Shown one piece after another: positions 13,750 to 28,000 of a stretch of 64,000 bases of DNA. Below the pieces are notes generated by a model that saw only the letters and a list, made by a program, of their open reading frames with translations, was not told the DNA's origin and ran no database searches. The stretch lies in NCBI GenBank assembly GCA_021613535.1, contig CP075495.1, positions 1,612,001 to 1,676,000 of the forward strand, in the 5' to 3' direction. A program made the translations under genes and the position numbers. This stretch comes from Adineta vaga. Taxonomy: Eukaryota; Animalia; Rotifera. The number at the start of each line of letters is the position of its first letter. The stretch's first letter is position 1.

Positions 13750-16008
13750 ATGAGAACACATCCGTTAGCTGACGACGATGAAAAAGACAACATCGTTCTA
13801 TCTTTACTACGTCAAGTTGGATCTGTTCATGATAATAATGCTTTTGTAGAATCTAATCCATTAGAATTAGAAAACAGTTCATCTTCAAATCAATTCAACA
13901 ATACATCTCAAACAATAACAATTTCATTTCATGATATCAATTTTTACGTTCAAGAAAACAAGATATTCTCATGTGGTAAATTACAATTAAAAAGACAAAT
14001 TCTTTCGAATGTGAACGGTGAATTTTCACCGGGAATGAATGCTATTCTTGGTAAATAGATAGTTTTGTTCTAATAATAGATTTTATATATATATATATAT
14101 TCTATAAAGGACCATCTGGATGTGGTAAATCATCTCTATTAGATATTCTTGCTGATCGAAAAGATCCAAACGGTTTATCCGGTCGTGTTCTTGTTTTTGG
14201 CAAAGTTCGTTCAAAAACATATAAATATTCAATTGGTTATGTTGTTCAAGAAGGTCTGTGTAGTAAAAAGAAAACCAAGTCTATCTCTATCTTCTTTATA
14301 GATATTATTAGTGGAACATTAACTATTCGTGAAAATCTGATGTTTTCAGCCAATGTTCGTCTACAACGTTCGAAAACAATCTCTCAACGTATTGAATTAG
14401 TAAATAAAATTATTCGAGATTTAGGTTTAGAACGATGTGCTGATACTCGAATTGGTACACATTTTCTTCGTGGAGTATCCGGTGGTGAAAAACGTCGAGC
14501 ATGTATTGGAATGGAATTAGTTCTTTCACCAACGATACTCTTTCTCGATGAACCTACAAGTGGTAAAAATTAATCTTTACAAATAATCAACATTTTTTTA
14601 AATTGAATTCTAATAGGTCTTGATGCATCGACAGCAGAAAATGTAATGAAATGCTTGCATAAATTATCACGAGAAGGATGTTAGTGTCTATAAAATCATA
14701 GAGAAAAATAATAACAAAAAACACATGTATTATTATTCGATTTTTAGGTACAATTATTTTTTCTATTCATCAACCACGATATTCAATTTATAAATTATTT
14801 GATACTGTTCTACTTTTATCATCGGGTCATACGATTTATTTAGGAGAAGCAAATGGCCTTTTATCTTATTTTGCTTTGCAAGGTTATAAATGTGAAGAAC
14901 ATGATAATCCAGCTGATTTTGCACTTGATGTCATCATTCATTGTAATAATCGATCGTCAATTGCATTACAAACAGCATATTTAAAATCGACAATGTATTC
15001 AAATACAGAACATTTCATTTCAGATAATCAGTTGTTCGATAAAATGATATCTCGATCACGATTCGATGAATTTTATTATGTTTGTATTCGAACATTTCAA
15101 AATACAATACGAGATCCAGCTATGGCTACATCACAAATTATTGTTGCAACATTATTAGCATTATTAACTGGTTTAGTATTCAATCAAATTCAAGCAACAA
15201 TCGAAACAGGTGTACAGAATCGTTTAGGTGCAATCTTTTTTATTATTGTCAATCAAATTTATAGTACAGCAACAGCTTTAGAACCATTAGTTCAAGAACG
15301 TGCACTTTTTATTCATGTAAAATCTTGAGAAAATGATTTCTTAGAAATAGTTCTTCGTTTTTGTTTTATTTTCAAGGAAAATGTAAGTGGATATTATCGT
15401 GTATCGACATTTTTCTTTGCCAAATTAATTTGTGATCTATTACCAATGCGATTGATACCTTCGATTATATTTTCTATAATTACATATTTTATGACAGGTT
15501 TTCAAGTGTCAATCAATCGATTTCTTATTTATCTTCTTACGATTTTTATTAGTACGGTATTTGGATCGGCTATATGTTTTTTTGTTGCTTCTTTTATTCC
15601 AATTTTTGGTAAGAAAAGAATAATTTCTTTTTTTCTTTGTTATTTATGATGATTTTAGTCGTTTCATTGATTGTTGTGGTCTTTATATTTGTTCTAATGA
15701 TGGTGTTTAGTGGATTTTTAATTGATCTTCAAAGTATTTTCTCATTTCTTCGATGGTTACAATGGATCAGTGCATTTCGATATGCTACAAATCTATTAAC
15801 AATCAATGAATTTCGTAATTTAACATTATGTTTAACAAATAATACACATATTTGTCCAATGAAAGGTGAAGATATTCTAGTCCAACGTAATATTCCATAT
15901 GAAAATAATTGGGATATGTGGAAGAATCTTGTTGCTCTAATAATTATGATTATAATCTTTTTATTGATGGCTTTTATTCAATTAATACGAATGAAAAAAG
16001 TCAAATAA
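13750..16008 (+). CDS. ABCG2: ABC transporter subfamily G (ABCG2/white-like) half transporter
   Basis: Walker A GPSGCGKS, signature VSGGEKRR, Walker B ILFLDEPTSGLD, IHQP, NPADF, then an ABC2 membrane domain. Confidence 0.92.
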
Positions 16009-16203
16009 CGTTTCATGTTGATTATTTGTATATTTTGTTTTTTCGTACTCAAAAAAAAACAGAAATAATAAAATATGTACACTTGAAAGATTCTTAGGAC
16101 ACGAAAGAGAACACCAGTTGGTTAACTAATGATCTAAAACGATGCGGAATATAAACAGATATTTGATAGAATTGATTTTCATTTGTTTGTAATCGAAAAA
16201 AGA

Positions 16204-16467
16204 ATGAATACTTCTCTAATCATTTGTATCTTTCTCGTGACCATTGGTTTGTTAAATGGAAGTCATGTATATCATGGATTACGAAACAAACGAACATTGA
16301 ATACAATTCTATCAAGAATTGCATTTATTGAAGGTAATAATGATATAGGAAATTTATTCAATGATGGAAATCAATTCCAAAATGAATATAATGATGCTGC
16401 AAATATTCTCTCACAATATCGTCGTACTATCTCCAACAATATTATCAATTCAAAAGTGAATGGATAG
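16204..16467 (+). CDS. Small secreted protein or peptide precursor
   Basis: Signal peptide MNTSLIICIFLVTIGLLNG, RNKR furin-like site, RR dibasic site, AATAAA at ~16549. The CDS may extend to ~16505 if a 1-nt indel near 16428 is corrected. Confidence 0.6.
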   Translation: MNTSLIICIFLVTIGLLNGSHVYHGLRNKRTLNTILSRIAFIEGNNDIGNLFNDGNQFQNEYNDAANILSQYRRTISNNIINSKVNG

Positions 16468-17244
16468 ATCATGGTTGGCATGGATATACTAATGAAGATT
16501 TTTAATAAACGTTCTATTTAAAAATTATAGTTTGTTTATGTACTCAAGAATAAATAAACTCTGTTTTGACGAGGATACATATACAATCTCATTAGATTCT
16601 ATCGATATTTAATATCGATTTCTTGAACTGCGATTATCCGTTGGTATTCTTTTGACACTGTTTTATTTAGGATTTTTTCTCCGAAGGTACACCATCTTAT
16701 TAGATGCAAAAACTAGCATTCTCGAAGAGTCAGAATCAGTGTCCTGAAGGTCAAATGAATCACACCCACACCCATCCCACCCACTGGATAAAACACTCCC
16801 TTCGAATGGCTTGTTACCGCATTTTAATCATGGTCATTGACATGCAAGTTATACATATAGTGATATACTGAAGAAAAATTTCATCCCGAATTGTCCTTAG
16901 AGTATATAACTACTGATCCACATTCAGTTGGTCAGATTATCTATCGTGCCTGTACACGAAAAGTTGTTTTAGAAATGACAGATATAAACATAATTCAAAT
17001 AATGATTGAATTTATATTTGTTTCTTATATCTTTATCTCTCATATAAGTTTATTTGTTAGTTTTCTTCTTCTTTTTTTCTATAACAGAGAAAAAAAACTA
17101 GATATTGACAAATACATTGTGTGAACGCGCACAGTGAACAGAAGAATAGGAAAAAGAAGTCGTCGGTGTGCACATATGTCAAAGGTAACACACGCACATA
17201 GAAACACATGTTATATAAAACAAAAGAGAAAAAGCGAAGAAAAA

Positions 17245-20200
17245 TCATCGATATAATTTGGCAAATGTTTCAAATTCGTATTCGATGGTCGATGGTTGAA
17301 TGTCATTTCTAAACATGAAAATCAAATTTCAATACAAAATCATCGACAAAGAGAAAGAGTTTCTTACTCGCATAGAGTAGTATAGAACTGTTCATATTGT
17401 TTGATAGTAACGATTTCTACAGATCCATTTTTTGTTGTACGTGGAATTTCTGTTAATGATTTTCGTAACCATTGAGGAAATTTATCCGGCATGTAAGTTT
17501 TTATATCATAAACAAAATCTGATATTGACGAACGAATCGATGATGGAACACGATCGATAACAATCGCACGAAGTAAACCCGTTAGAACATTAGGAAAATA
17601 TGTTTCACATAATGACATTGACAATGAACGAATTTCCGGTCGATCAGATTTATTCTATGAATAAATTTTCAATAGAGATTTTCTAGACGAAAAAAAAACA
17701 AAGAAACAAATCTTACTTTATTCTCTTTTTTACTTGCTGATGTAAGTTTAGCTAATGATTGTAAGAATGCAATCATACTTGCACTCGCATCTCGATGTTC
17801 TAAACTACAATTCGGTATGATTTGTTCAATAATTGGTCGTATAACACTACATTTGAGGAAATCAAATGAACATCGTTGAAGTAATCTAATAGAAACAAAT
17901 ATTTTCTTATTCGTTGTTTTTAGAATACACATTCAATACCTGGATGATAATCGATAGAAATCATCAACAAGATCAGGATTTTGTTTGAATCCATCTTGAT
18001 TACTAAGAATTGAAAATGTTTTATTGGTTAAATGTTCACTCATAACAATTAATGCAGATCTTAAATCTTGATCATTACCATATTCATCAACAATAATTGA
18101 GATTAAATAAAGAAAACATGAATGAGCAATATCCTCATAACTTGAGATAATCTAAATAAATAATAATCTGTTAATGAACAAAGAGATTTCTTTTCTTTTC
18201 TTTTCAACAAACCAATGTAACAATTTGTTGAAAGAATATTTTCGCATGTGAACGCATTGATCGAATTATAAAACGAATTGTACGTGACCAACATTCGCTA
18301 AGTTTAGATAATGAACGATATCGAACAATAATCAATTCAAGTAAAGGTAATAACTAAAATAAGATAGATATATATAACAAATGAACAATTCTTCTTTTTC
18401 CTTTTACTTGTTGAACAATAATTGTACATGGATGTGTTTCGTCATGCGCGATTTTGAAATCAAGACTTCTGAAAAATTGAAGAGAACATAGATTAGGAAA
18501 TTATCCATATATATATATATATATTACCGGAATATTGCTGTCAAACAATCGAGTCGTTTTATAATCGCTGTATAATTAGAATTGGTTGGATTGGAAAGAA
18601 TCTAAAATGAATTGAAATGAAATGACGATTTTGTCAAAAGTTATTAACAAACTTCAGTTAATGATTGAATTTGTTGATCAAATAATAACTTTAAATATCG
18701 ATGAATATCATCTGTAGATGTTAAACGAGAAATCAATTTTGATGATGCTGGCAAAAAAAAACCGAAATTAGATACAATCGAATTTCTATTTAAAATCATT
18801 TTGAACCTTTGAGTAAACATTGTGCAGCTTCACTTCCAGCTTCAATCTGATCTAACCAAAGCGTTGCTTGAATAATTTGATCGAAATCATTGATTAGTTG
18901 TTTTCGACATTCTTGACAAATATTAAAAATTGCATCGGCAGAAACATGACGCAAATCTTTATCAACAAGTAATGAGAGAAAATATTGAAGGATTGATTCT
19001 AAATAATACAGAAATGTTTTAACAAACACAAAACTTCAATTTAATATAATTACTTAGAAATTGTTGATTATTTTCTCCGATCCATTGATCTAATTGTGCA
19101 ATCAATCGAACACCTGTATATTTCAATGCTGTATGAATATGACCTGGTTCAGTTGATGTTGATATTATCGCTTGAATAACATTCGGAACAATTTTATCTT
19201 CATCAGGTGATAAATACGAAGCTACACAACTCATTATATACAATGGAGCTTCACTTTCTTCCCATGATAAAGATGATGATGATTGTAATTTTTCAAACAT
19301 CTATTCAAGAAGATGAAAAACAAAAGCAAATTATTGAATATTATCGTTTGTATAGAAACAAAAGAAATATACTCGTTGAAAACAATTTAAAGCACCGGTT
19401 ATATGAATTGTATCTTTAATTAAACATTCGACACGATAACGAAATTCGCCAAGATCACTACTATTTGATGCTCCATGATTTTTCGAATTTTTCTCATCAG
19501 TTTCTGGCGGAATTCCTAACTAAAAACAGGAAAAACAATAAATATCATAAAATTAAATTCAAGTTTTCTCTTTTCTCGTTAGTCTTACATGATCAGAATC
19601 TAGTTTACATTGTGTACATAAAATGTCAATTAATTTATTCATATATGGTTTTATTTTATCAATCATATCATCATTATGAGTTTTAACATAATCTGATAAA
19701 CTACACCACGTATAGAATGTGGATTGGGCAACCTAAATAGTAGGAATAGAAGTCTTATATCATAATGTTGATTTCATTTACTTCGTAATCACTATGTTCC
19801 AATGGATAAAGTAAAAGATGAAGACAAGAAAGATCACTTAGATCTGATTGACGACCATCGATTAAACATTCAAGTATAGATTCAATTAGATTAATATAAA
19901 TTCGAGTATAATTCTGTGCTCTATAAAGATAATGAATTGATAGGAAAGGAAAAAGTAAGAAATTCTAACGAACTTGTCAAGATTTTCTTCTTTAACAGCT
20001 TGAAAATATGGTTGACATAGATGTTGTGTAATTTGTTGTTTGAGAAAAACTGCCAATGACCAATATTTTTGATATTCCTAAAAACAATATTAGTAACTAC
20101 TCGATTGATCTTGTGATATAATTTCTTTCAAGATTATGAAACAGACTGGTTTCCAATATCGTTGACTAATATTTCTCAAGGTTAATAGAAAAGAAAAAGA

Positions 20201-21437
20201 CATACCTCACATAATTCCAATATGTTACATAAACAATCGCAAGCACTTTTATGAAGTTCATTTGAACAATGTGTTGATTTCTATGATAAGAAAAATGTTT
20301 GATTATTATTATCAATGAAATTCTTCTATAAACTAACTAGAATATCTAATATACTGTTAAGTAATGGTGATGTTAATAAAAGATTTTCATTAAATGCATG
20401 AATACTAATCCACGATGCAAAACATTTGAGAATACCAATAAATAATGTTTCATTATGAGTTGAATTGACTTGAAGAAGAAAGATCTATAATAAAAATAGA
20501 AAAAGAAAAATATTGAAAGAAATTTTCAATTTATATTAACTAAGATATCATGAATTTGTTTTCCACAATTTGAATATTTTTCTCGACAATATTGACGACG
20601 ATTTTCACCAATTCGTATTGTTGATGTATTGACCTAGATTTGTTGTTTTTTTTCATAGATATTATTTTAATAGGAGATTTAAAAACAAATATATACTTCT
20701 TCAGGTAAAGCAGTAAGAAATTCAAGTAGTGTTAACATATGTTCACTGGATGTTTTTAATCTGAACGATAAAATTTATCAAATAAATGAATAATTTTTTT
20801 TTTCGTCAAAACAAAAATCATTTATATTTACTTTTCGACAACATCTTCAACAGGATTTTCCCAACCGACATATTGAAGAGCTAAATCAGCTGTTGCTACC
20901 GCTAACTATTAGATGAAATGTATAGATTACGAAGGAATTGATGAAAACTAATTCCTTACTTGAACACGCACTGTTGAAATACGAGTGAGTTCTGCGCGAG
21001 ATAAATGATCAAGTAAAGAATCACATAGACCCTGAAAAATATTCGTATTTTCATATAAAGAGATTATGAAATACAACTTACTTTACAATGTTCCATTGGA
21101 AGTTCATCAAAATTATGTTGAATCTACAAAAAAATAAATAAAATGGTTTCTCACGAAATTAACTCGTTTTCTCACGTACTTTATGTCGAAGAATTTGTGC
21201 TGAAAGACATGTTACTTCAGAATTTTGATTCATTCGTATTAACTGATCGGCAAGTGTCCATGCATAGAGCTTAAAGAAATAGAATTCATTTATTTAAGAA
21301 GAAAATAAAATGAATTTTTTTACCGATGATTGCACATTGAGTAACCATTCAGAAGCGATCTTTTTCCTCGTTGCATCTTGATCATGATACAGCATTTGAA
21401 CGGCTTGAACAAAATTCTCTGGGGTGACTTCTGTCAT
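17245..21437 (-). CDS. TNPO3: Transportin-3 (importin-beta family)
   Basis: N-terminus MTEVTPENFVQAVQMLYHDQD..KKIASEWL..AWTLADQL, internal SWEESEAPLYIM and NPDLVDDFYRL, C-terminus FAKLYR*. More than 20 short introns. Confidence 0.88.
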
Positions 21438-22547
21438 ATTCATCAGGATGTGACTTATTTGAATATATATTGATAGATATAGATATATGTAAAAAAATAA
21501 AAATATCTAAACGATATTCAAAGAAATAACTTATAATAATAATATTATCTTCGTTTTCTTCTCTTCTTTTTCATTTCCACTGGTAAAACAAACGAATCGG
21601 TTTTTCTTCTTTTCATACAATCGATTGGTGAAACATAACAACGAATCAGAAGAAAGTCAATCTAATGAAAGATGGCATTATAAATTGTTCTGAGGAATTT
21701 TTTCTGACTAATTGTGATTTTTATCAACGAAAAATTGAGACCTTGAGTCCTTTTTCTATTATTTTCCTAGTTGCGAACAATAGAGTTATTTAGCTAGATT
21801 AGTCGCAATGTTTTACCGTTCGAAAGTGAAATGATTTCTTTGCCTAACAACTACAATGAAACTTACAGGCAACGGAAAAAGTGTTTTTTCGTCGTTATCA
21901 GAAATATTTACTCAAGGAATTTAATAGAAGAAAGCTTCTAGTTCTTTCATTCTCATTTGGAGGCACAGCTTCCAATTGTTAGTTGTTGTTTTTTCCTTCC
22001 ATTAAATTTCTGTTTTCTGTTCTCATATGCATCACAGTTAAGGTCATATTAACCATCAATGATTAAATAGGTAAATCAAGGTTTGTTATGGTTTATATAT
22101 AATTATTTTGTTATAACTAATAAAGAAAAGAAATCTTTGTCGACATGTTTCTTTTCATGCTAATAAACGTCTACAAAAGACATTAAAAATTAGTTTCTCG
22201 ATGTTAACAGCAGTTACAGACAAAAGTTTTTATTTTCCAGACATCACTCGCTATATTCGTATCTTGAATCTTAAAGTATTTATTACATACATTCGCTGGG
22301 TCATATAATACTTCAATTCATAAAAATCATTCTGAATAAACAGTTACTATTAATAGCGTCATTCTTTTTTTTTTTCAAACAGAAAAAGCAAATTAACGTC
22401 TTCACAAAACATTCTTGCTATGGTCTGTTCGATGCGGAATGGTAGAGACATATATGCATTTATAAGCTGAAGAAAAGAAAAAAAATTATATATTTTTTTT
22501 TATAGTATATAAAACGTGTACATTTTTACGCATTTAAATAAAAACGC

Positions 22548-24508
22548 ATGGGACCACATTCATCTAAACATGATCATCAACATCGTCGGGGTTCAACTCC
22601 TGCACAATCAGGATCGTTGAAACCACGGTCGTTAGCACCAACTAAATCCGATTCATCAATTTCTGTACGAAAATATGATCTTTCAAATTTTGCTGTTATT
22701 GCTGTGATTTTCAATCCAATTAAATATGAGTCTCGATATAATCATTATCATAAATTTGAAGCACATATGGCTGAATCTGGTGTGACTTTATTTACTGTCG
22801 AATGTATATTTGAATCAGCTGAACGATTTGGTTTACCAAATCAAAGTTTTCATTTAACTCGAAATGGTGATTCGCGTCATATACAAATTATAGCTCCATC
22901 AATTCTTTGGATAAAAGAAAATTTAATCAATGTTGCGATTAAATGTTTACCTCAACATTTCCAATATGTTGCATGGATTGATGCGGATATTGAATTTGAA
23001 GTATGTTTACAATAAACTATCGATACTAGTATACAAATTGTTCTTTTCTTTTTATACAGCGTCTCGATTGGCCACATCAAACTATTGCTGAACTTCAACG
23101 TTATCCGATTGTACAACTTTTTGAGTTATCATATTTTCTTGGACCTAGTGGAAAAAGTGATATTTTACGTCGTGATTATTCATTTGGTTATTCGATTCGA
23201 AAGAATAAACCAATTGATCCGCGAAGATATAATGAATGGTATGCACATCCAGGTTATGCATGGGCAATGCATCGTTCAGCTATATGTACAATTGGAGGTT
23301 TATTAGATTTCTGTATTATTGGATCGGGTGATTTACATTTTGCTTTTGCATTACTTCGTCGAATTGAAGAAACACTTCGACCAGGTTTACATGCAGATTA
23401 TCGACACCTAGCGATGACATGGGGAGATCGACTTGCCGATGTCGCTCAAAATGGTGCAAATGTTGGATATGTTCCTATCAATATTTGGCATCATTGGCAT
23501 GGTGAAAGAAACGATCGAAATTATGTTGATAGATGGTAAATATAGAATATTTGTGAAGTCTTTTGATAGAGTACAATTATTCATGAAAAATACATAACGA
23601 ACGTTATTATTCTTTGTCTTAGGGCTATTCTTGAAAAACATCACTTTTCACCAATTATGGATCTACAAAAGAATAATGATACTGGGCTCATTCGCCTAGC
23701 AGATAAAAGCCATATGGGATATTCTGAAGTTCAACGTATGGAAGCTCTCGAACGTGATATTGTAGCTTATTTTCAATCACGCAATGAAGATAAAAAAACG
23801 AAAACTGTACCTAATCCGCAACCACAACCTTCCACCCGAAAAAATCCTCCAGCACCATCAAGAACACAAGGTCAGCGTACGACAGGTGGTGGTTTGAAAC
23901 CTTCAAAGATTTCATCTGGTCACGGCATGGGTAATAAATTTCCTCATTTATGGACTTCTGGCCATACCGGTTCACATGTCGATGATCATAATCCATACTT
24001 AGATCAATGTACATGTCCTGGACATTGTCATCATCCAGATAATCACGATTGTCCATGCGCACCCCATCATATGGATGACCAACACTGTTGGACGTCAACA
24101 GATCATGATCATGACCATCATCATCATCATCACGATAATGATCATGATCATCACCATCATAATGATGATGACGGTCATCATTGCCACGATGATCATTACG
24201 ATGGACAACATTCATCCCACGATCACCATCATCACGTTGAGTGTGATAATGATCATTCACATGAAACTGGTGGTCACCATGATACCGATTATGGTGGTCA
24301 CCATGATACCGATTATGGTGGTCACCATGATACCGATTATGGTGGTCACCATGATACCGATTATGGTGGTCACCATGATACCGATTATGGTGGTCACCAT
24401 GATACCGATTATGGTGGTCACCATGATACCGATTATGGTGGTCACCACGATACCGATTATGGTGGTCACCAGGATACTGATTATGGTGGTCCTGGAAGCT
24501 TTTACTAG
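22548..24508 (+). CDS. Putative GT-A-fold glycosyltransferase-like protein of bacterial/giant-virus type, with His/Asp-rich and GGHHDTDY-repeat tail
   Basis: Exons 22548-23000, 23060-23535, 23623-24508. Motifs FNP..Y..R, LWIKENLIN, YVAWIDAD (DxD), HPGYAWA, GSGD, HHWHG...R.Y..RW, YFQSRNED. Confidence 0.75.
24269..24484 (+). repeat. 24-bp coding minisatellite, 9 copies (GGTGGTCACCATGATACCGATTAT)
   Basis: Seven identical units and two slightly variant ones, encoding (GGHHDTDY)8 plus GGHQDTDY. Confidence 0.97.
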
Positions 24509-25028
24509 TACAGTAATGTGTTTATTAACATTAAGAATTATCCAGATGAAGTGAATTTAACTCCTTCAATACTATGATTATTTTTGTATCCATTTTCTAT
24601 TCTTGCGTTTTCTTAACAATACTAAAATAAAATAATTTATGTAATGAAACTTTACATACAGTAAACGTATTTTCGTGTTCTTTTGATCTATATTTTATAT
24701 TAAATCACAATAAATAAGAAATTTCAGTGACAAATCTCCGTGTATATATTTCGATGCATTCTCCAAGTAAATTCAACGCTACAGTTCAAATATTGAATGT
24801 GGTATTATATACGATAAATTTTGTTAAATAATTGTATAAGACCTTTTCAATCAAACAAATATTTCGTATTGCATTTTGTCATAGTATAAAATTCTATTCT
24901 GAAGATGTCGCTGATTGACACTAGTAAATGTATATATGAATGAAAAGAACAAATAAGTTATCGAATGGTAAACTATAGCATTGAATCTTTTGATCACTTA
25001 TTAGAAATAAGACTTTTTCAACTGAATC

Positions 25029-28000
25029 ATGCTCTCGAGGTTTGTCTCTCGAGCGGCATTTCAATTTGTATTCACTCGATCGAAAATTCCTGTAAATGAA
25101 CGACTATTTCATATCTTTCTTTACGACGATAATCTCATTTTTTTATTTATAGCATCGATATCAAAGCTCGATATCTAATAGTGGACCACAAGTGCCAGAT
25201 GATAATGAAAGTTTTCTTCACAATGGAGATACTGCACAAGCAATAGCCGATGAAGAAGCTGCTGAGAGTATTGAACAAGCAACTAGTAATCGAGCAGAAA
25301 TGATCAGTCAAGCAATGAAGAATTATCTCACGAAATCTAGAGAAAAACGTAACATGAATATCTATTCGTATCAATTATTAATGTTTATCTTTTTTTCTTT
25401 CTTTAGAAAAAGTTCTCGATGAAAAAATTCATGAATATGAAGTCGGACGAAGACATTTAGCAAGAATTATGGGTGAAGATCCCGAAAGTTTTTCTCAAGA
25501 AAAAATTGATGTAAATTTTATCGGAATAAAAATTTACTTATGGATGATTCCTAAATTTTGATTATTTTAGGATGCATTAAATTATCTTCTTCCATCAGGT
25601 TTACTTGATGAACGTGCACGACCAAAAATGAGAGTAAGAAAACTATCGATTTTGATTCCTAAACTTTACTTTATTATTATTTTAGCCACCTGAAGAAATG
25701 TATCCAAAAGAAAAGGGTAATTTTCTTCATTAGTAATCATTACTATATTTTGTTTGTCTACTAGCCGTTCAATTTGATAAAGCTGGTCGACCCTATCATT
25801 TTCTATACTATACAGCAAAACAGAATTATTATGATGCTTTACATGTAAATTAAAGTTTTTTGTTTGAAATAGATTTCATTTTAAATAATTCATTTCAGAC
25901 AATTGCAAATAAATTCGAAGAATTGAGAAAAGCTGAAGTAACATTGATTGCATCTGGTCGTGAACCGGAGTATAGTCTGAATGAGTTTGTATTAATGTTT
26001 ACGAATATTAAATAGAATCAATTTCTCTTTCTATGACTTCTAGTGAATTTAATTATACTCAATGGGAAAAGAAAGAAAATTTTGAACAACAATTTTTAGA
26101 AAAACTTGATGATGAACAAGTAAAAGAATTCTTTTCAAGTCAAATCTGATTAATTTCTTCTTACTTTTTAATTTAGTTTAAAACATTAATTATTTGTTTA
26201 AATCGTCTTGTCAAACATCCATTAGCATATACAATGAAAGATTACATCAGTTCATTTCGAACAAAACTATCCGATTCAATAAGTAAACAACAAATTGAAC
26301 CGGTAAGACAAAAACAAACTACAACATTAACAATTATATCTATATCAAAACTTTTTCTAGTTAAGATATGATATCGATGGTCGACCTTATCAAACAGCTA
26401 GTGGTAAGTAAAATAATAAGTAGAGAAATATTTAATTTTGATAAAGATAAAGCATTGTTATTAACGATTTGATTCCATTCATTTTCGAATAATTCATTGA
26501 AAAGACCAGTTTCATTTGCTACAGTTATTGTTGTTGTTAATATTGATATTGTTGTTGTACTTTCTTCAATTTCGAACTCTTCTTTAATCGCACTTATTAA
26601 TGGAAATTTGTGTACTGTTTGTTTTTTATTTTTACGACAAAATTGTCCATTAAAATCATCCATATCCAATGTCCAAACCATTGCACCACCAAAACCTTCA
26701 CGTTTTACATATTTACACTTTGAATAAGAAGTCAATTAGATTCTTTTCTATATTCATACAAATCAAATCATACTTTATTTCGAACACTATCAGGATCATC
26801 ATAACCAATCCATGTACCATCTTTAAAACTAATAGGAATTTGATGTTGCTCATGCCAATAACGTTTAAAACCTTCTTTTAATTCTTTTTTACATATCTAA
26901 ATTATAAACTTTTAGTTCTTATTCATATTTAAAAATATTTTACTTCAAAATATGCTAATAGACCACTTTCACCTAAATAAGGTGACGAAACTGATCCTGA
27001 TCCACCACCACTTTGACCAAATGCTTTCAAAGGATCTTTACCATCAGCTGTAAATGCTCGTCCATAACCTGGAATACCAATATTTAATCGATCACGTGTA
27101 CATCCAGCTCCAATCCAATTATACATTGAATTATTCTAAAGAAAAATTCTTCGAACAAATTTATCAATCAAATAAAACTCAACTGTATTCAATTCTCGTT
27201 CCATTCCTGTCTCACCAGGACGATGAAATAAAGCACTATGATGGCCAATCTTATTATGCCATGAACCATATAAATCATAAGTCATCACATTAATCATATC
27301 AACATTTCTAATAAAATCGAAAGGAAAATAATGAAAATATTCAATATTTTAATTACTTACTTGCATAATACAGGTACATCATAACCTTGTGTAATTAAAT
27401 ACTTTCCTGCAGCAACTGCTAAACTGATTAATAATCGATCTTTATTCGATTTATTTGCTTCTTTTTGAAATATTTTACGCATTGTCTATAAAACAAAAAC
27501 GTTTTTCAAATTATTTCAAATGAAAAACAAATTCATTAATTACTTTGGTTAATAATCCAAAACGTTCACGATGATCAGCAGAGGGAAATTCCCAATCTAA
27601 ATCAACACCATCGAAACCATGTTGTCGACAAAATGTAATTACATTTTTACTAAATGTTTCTCTACAAAATATTTTCTTGAATTTCATATTCATTTCGATC
27701 AATCGATATAATTTACCGTGATGATTCTGATCCAACTAATGAATCAAATTCACCTGCTTTTCCCCATCCGCCACATGAGATCAATATTTTCAAATCAGGA
27801 TTTTGTTCTTTTAATTTCATAATACGTGGATAAAGTGGCTAAATATAAATAAGAAATTCTTCAATATAAAATTTAATCGTTTTTTTCTTCTTCAAAACCT
27901 GTTCTCCTTGATAAACATTAATATCATTTGCTAATTGTGGTTGTAATGATAAACCATTGAGATTTGCAAATGCATATAAAATATGTGTACATAAATCAGC

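Noticed and set aside
16640-16900. GC-richer island that might be a MITE
   Set aside because: No convincing TIR or TSD; only the short telomere-like motif is retained as an observation.
22548-22568. MGPHSSK as an N-myristoylation signal
   Set aside because: Pro directly after Gly2 is disfavoured by N-myristoyltransferase.
24269-24484. Regular 24-bp repeats resembling a CRISPR array
   Set aside because: There are no unique spacers; it is an in-frame coding minisatellite in a eukaryotic gene.
23811-24554. Long alternative-frame and antisense ORFs (VVTMIPIM repeats and similar)
   Set aside because: By-products of a stop-free repeat; the His-rich frame is the one continuous with the spliced gene.
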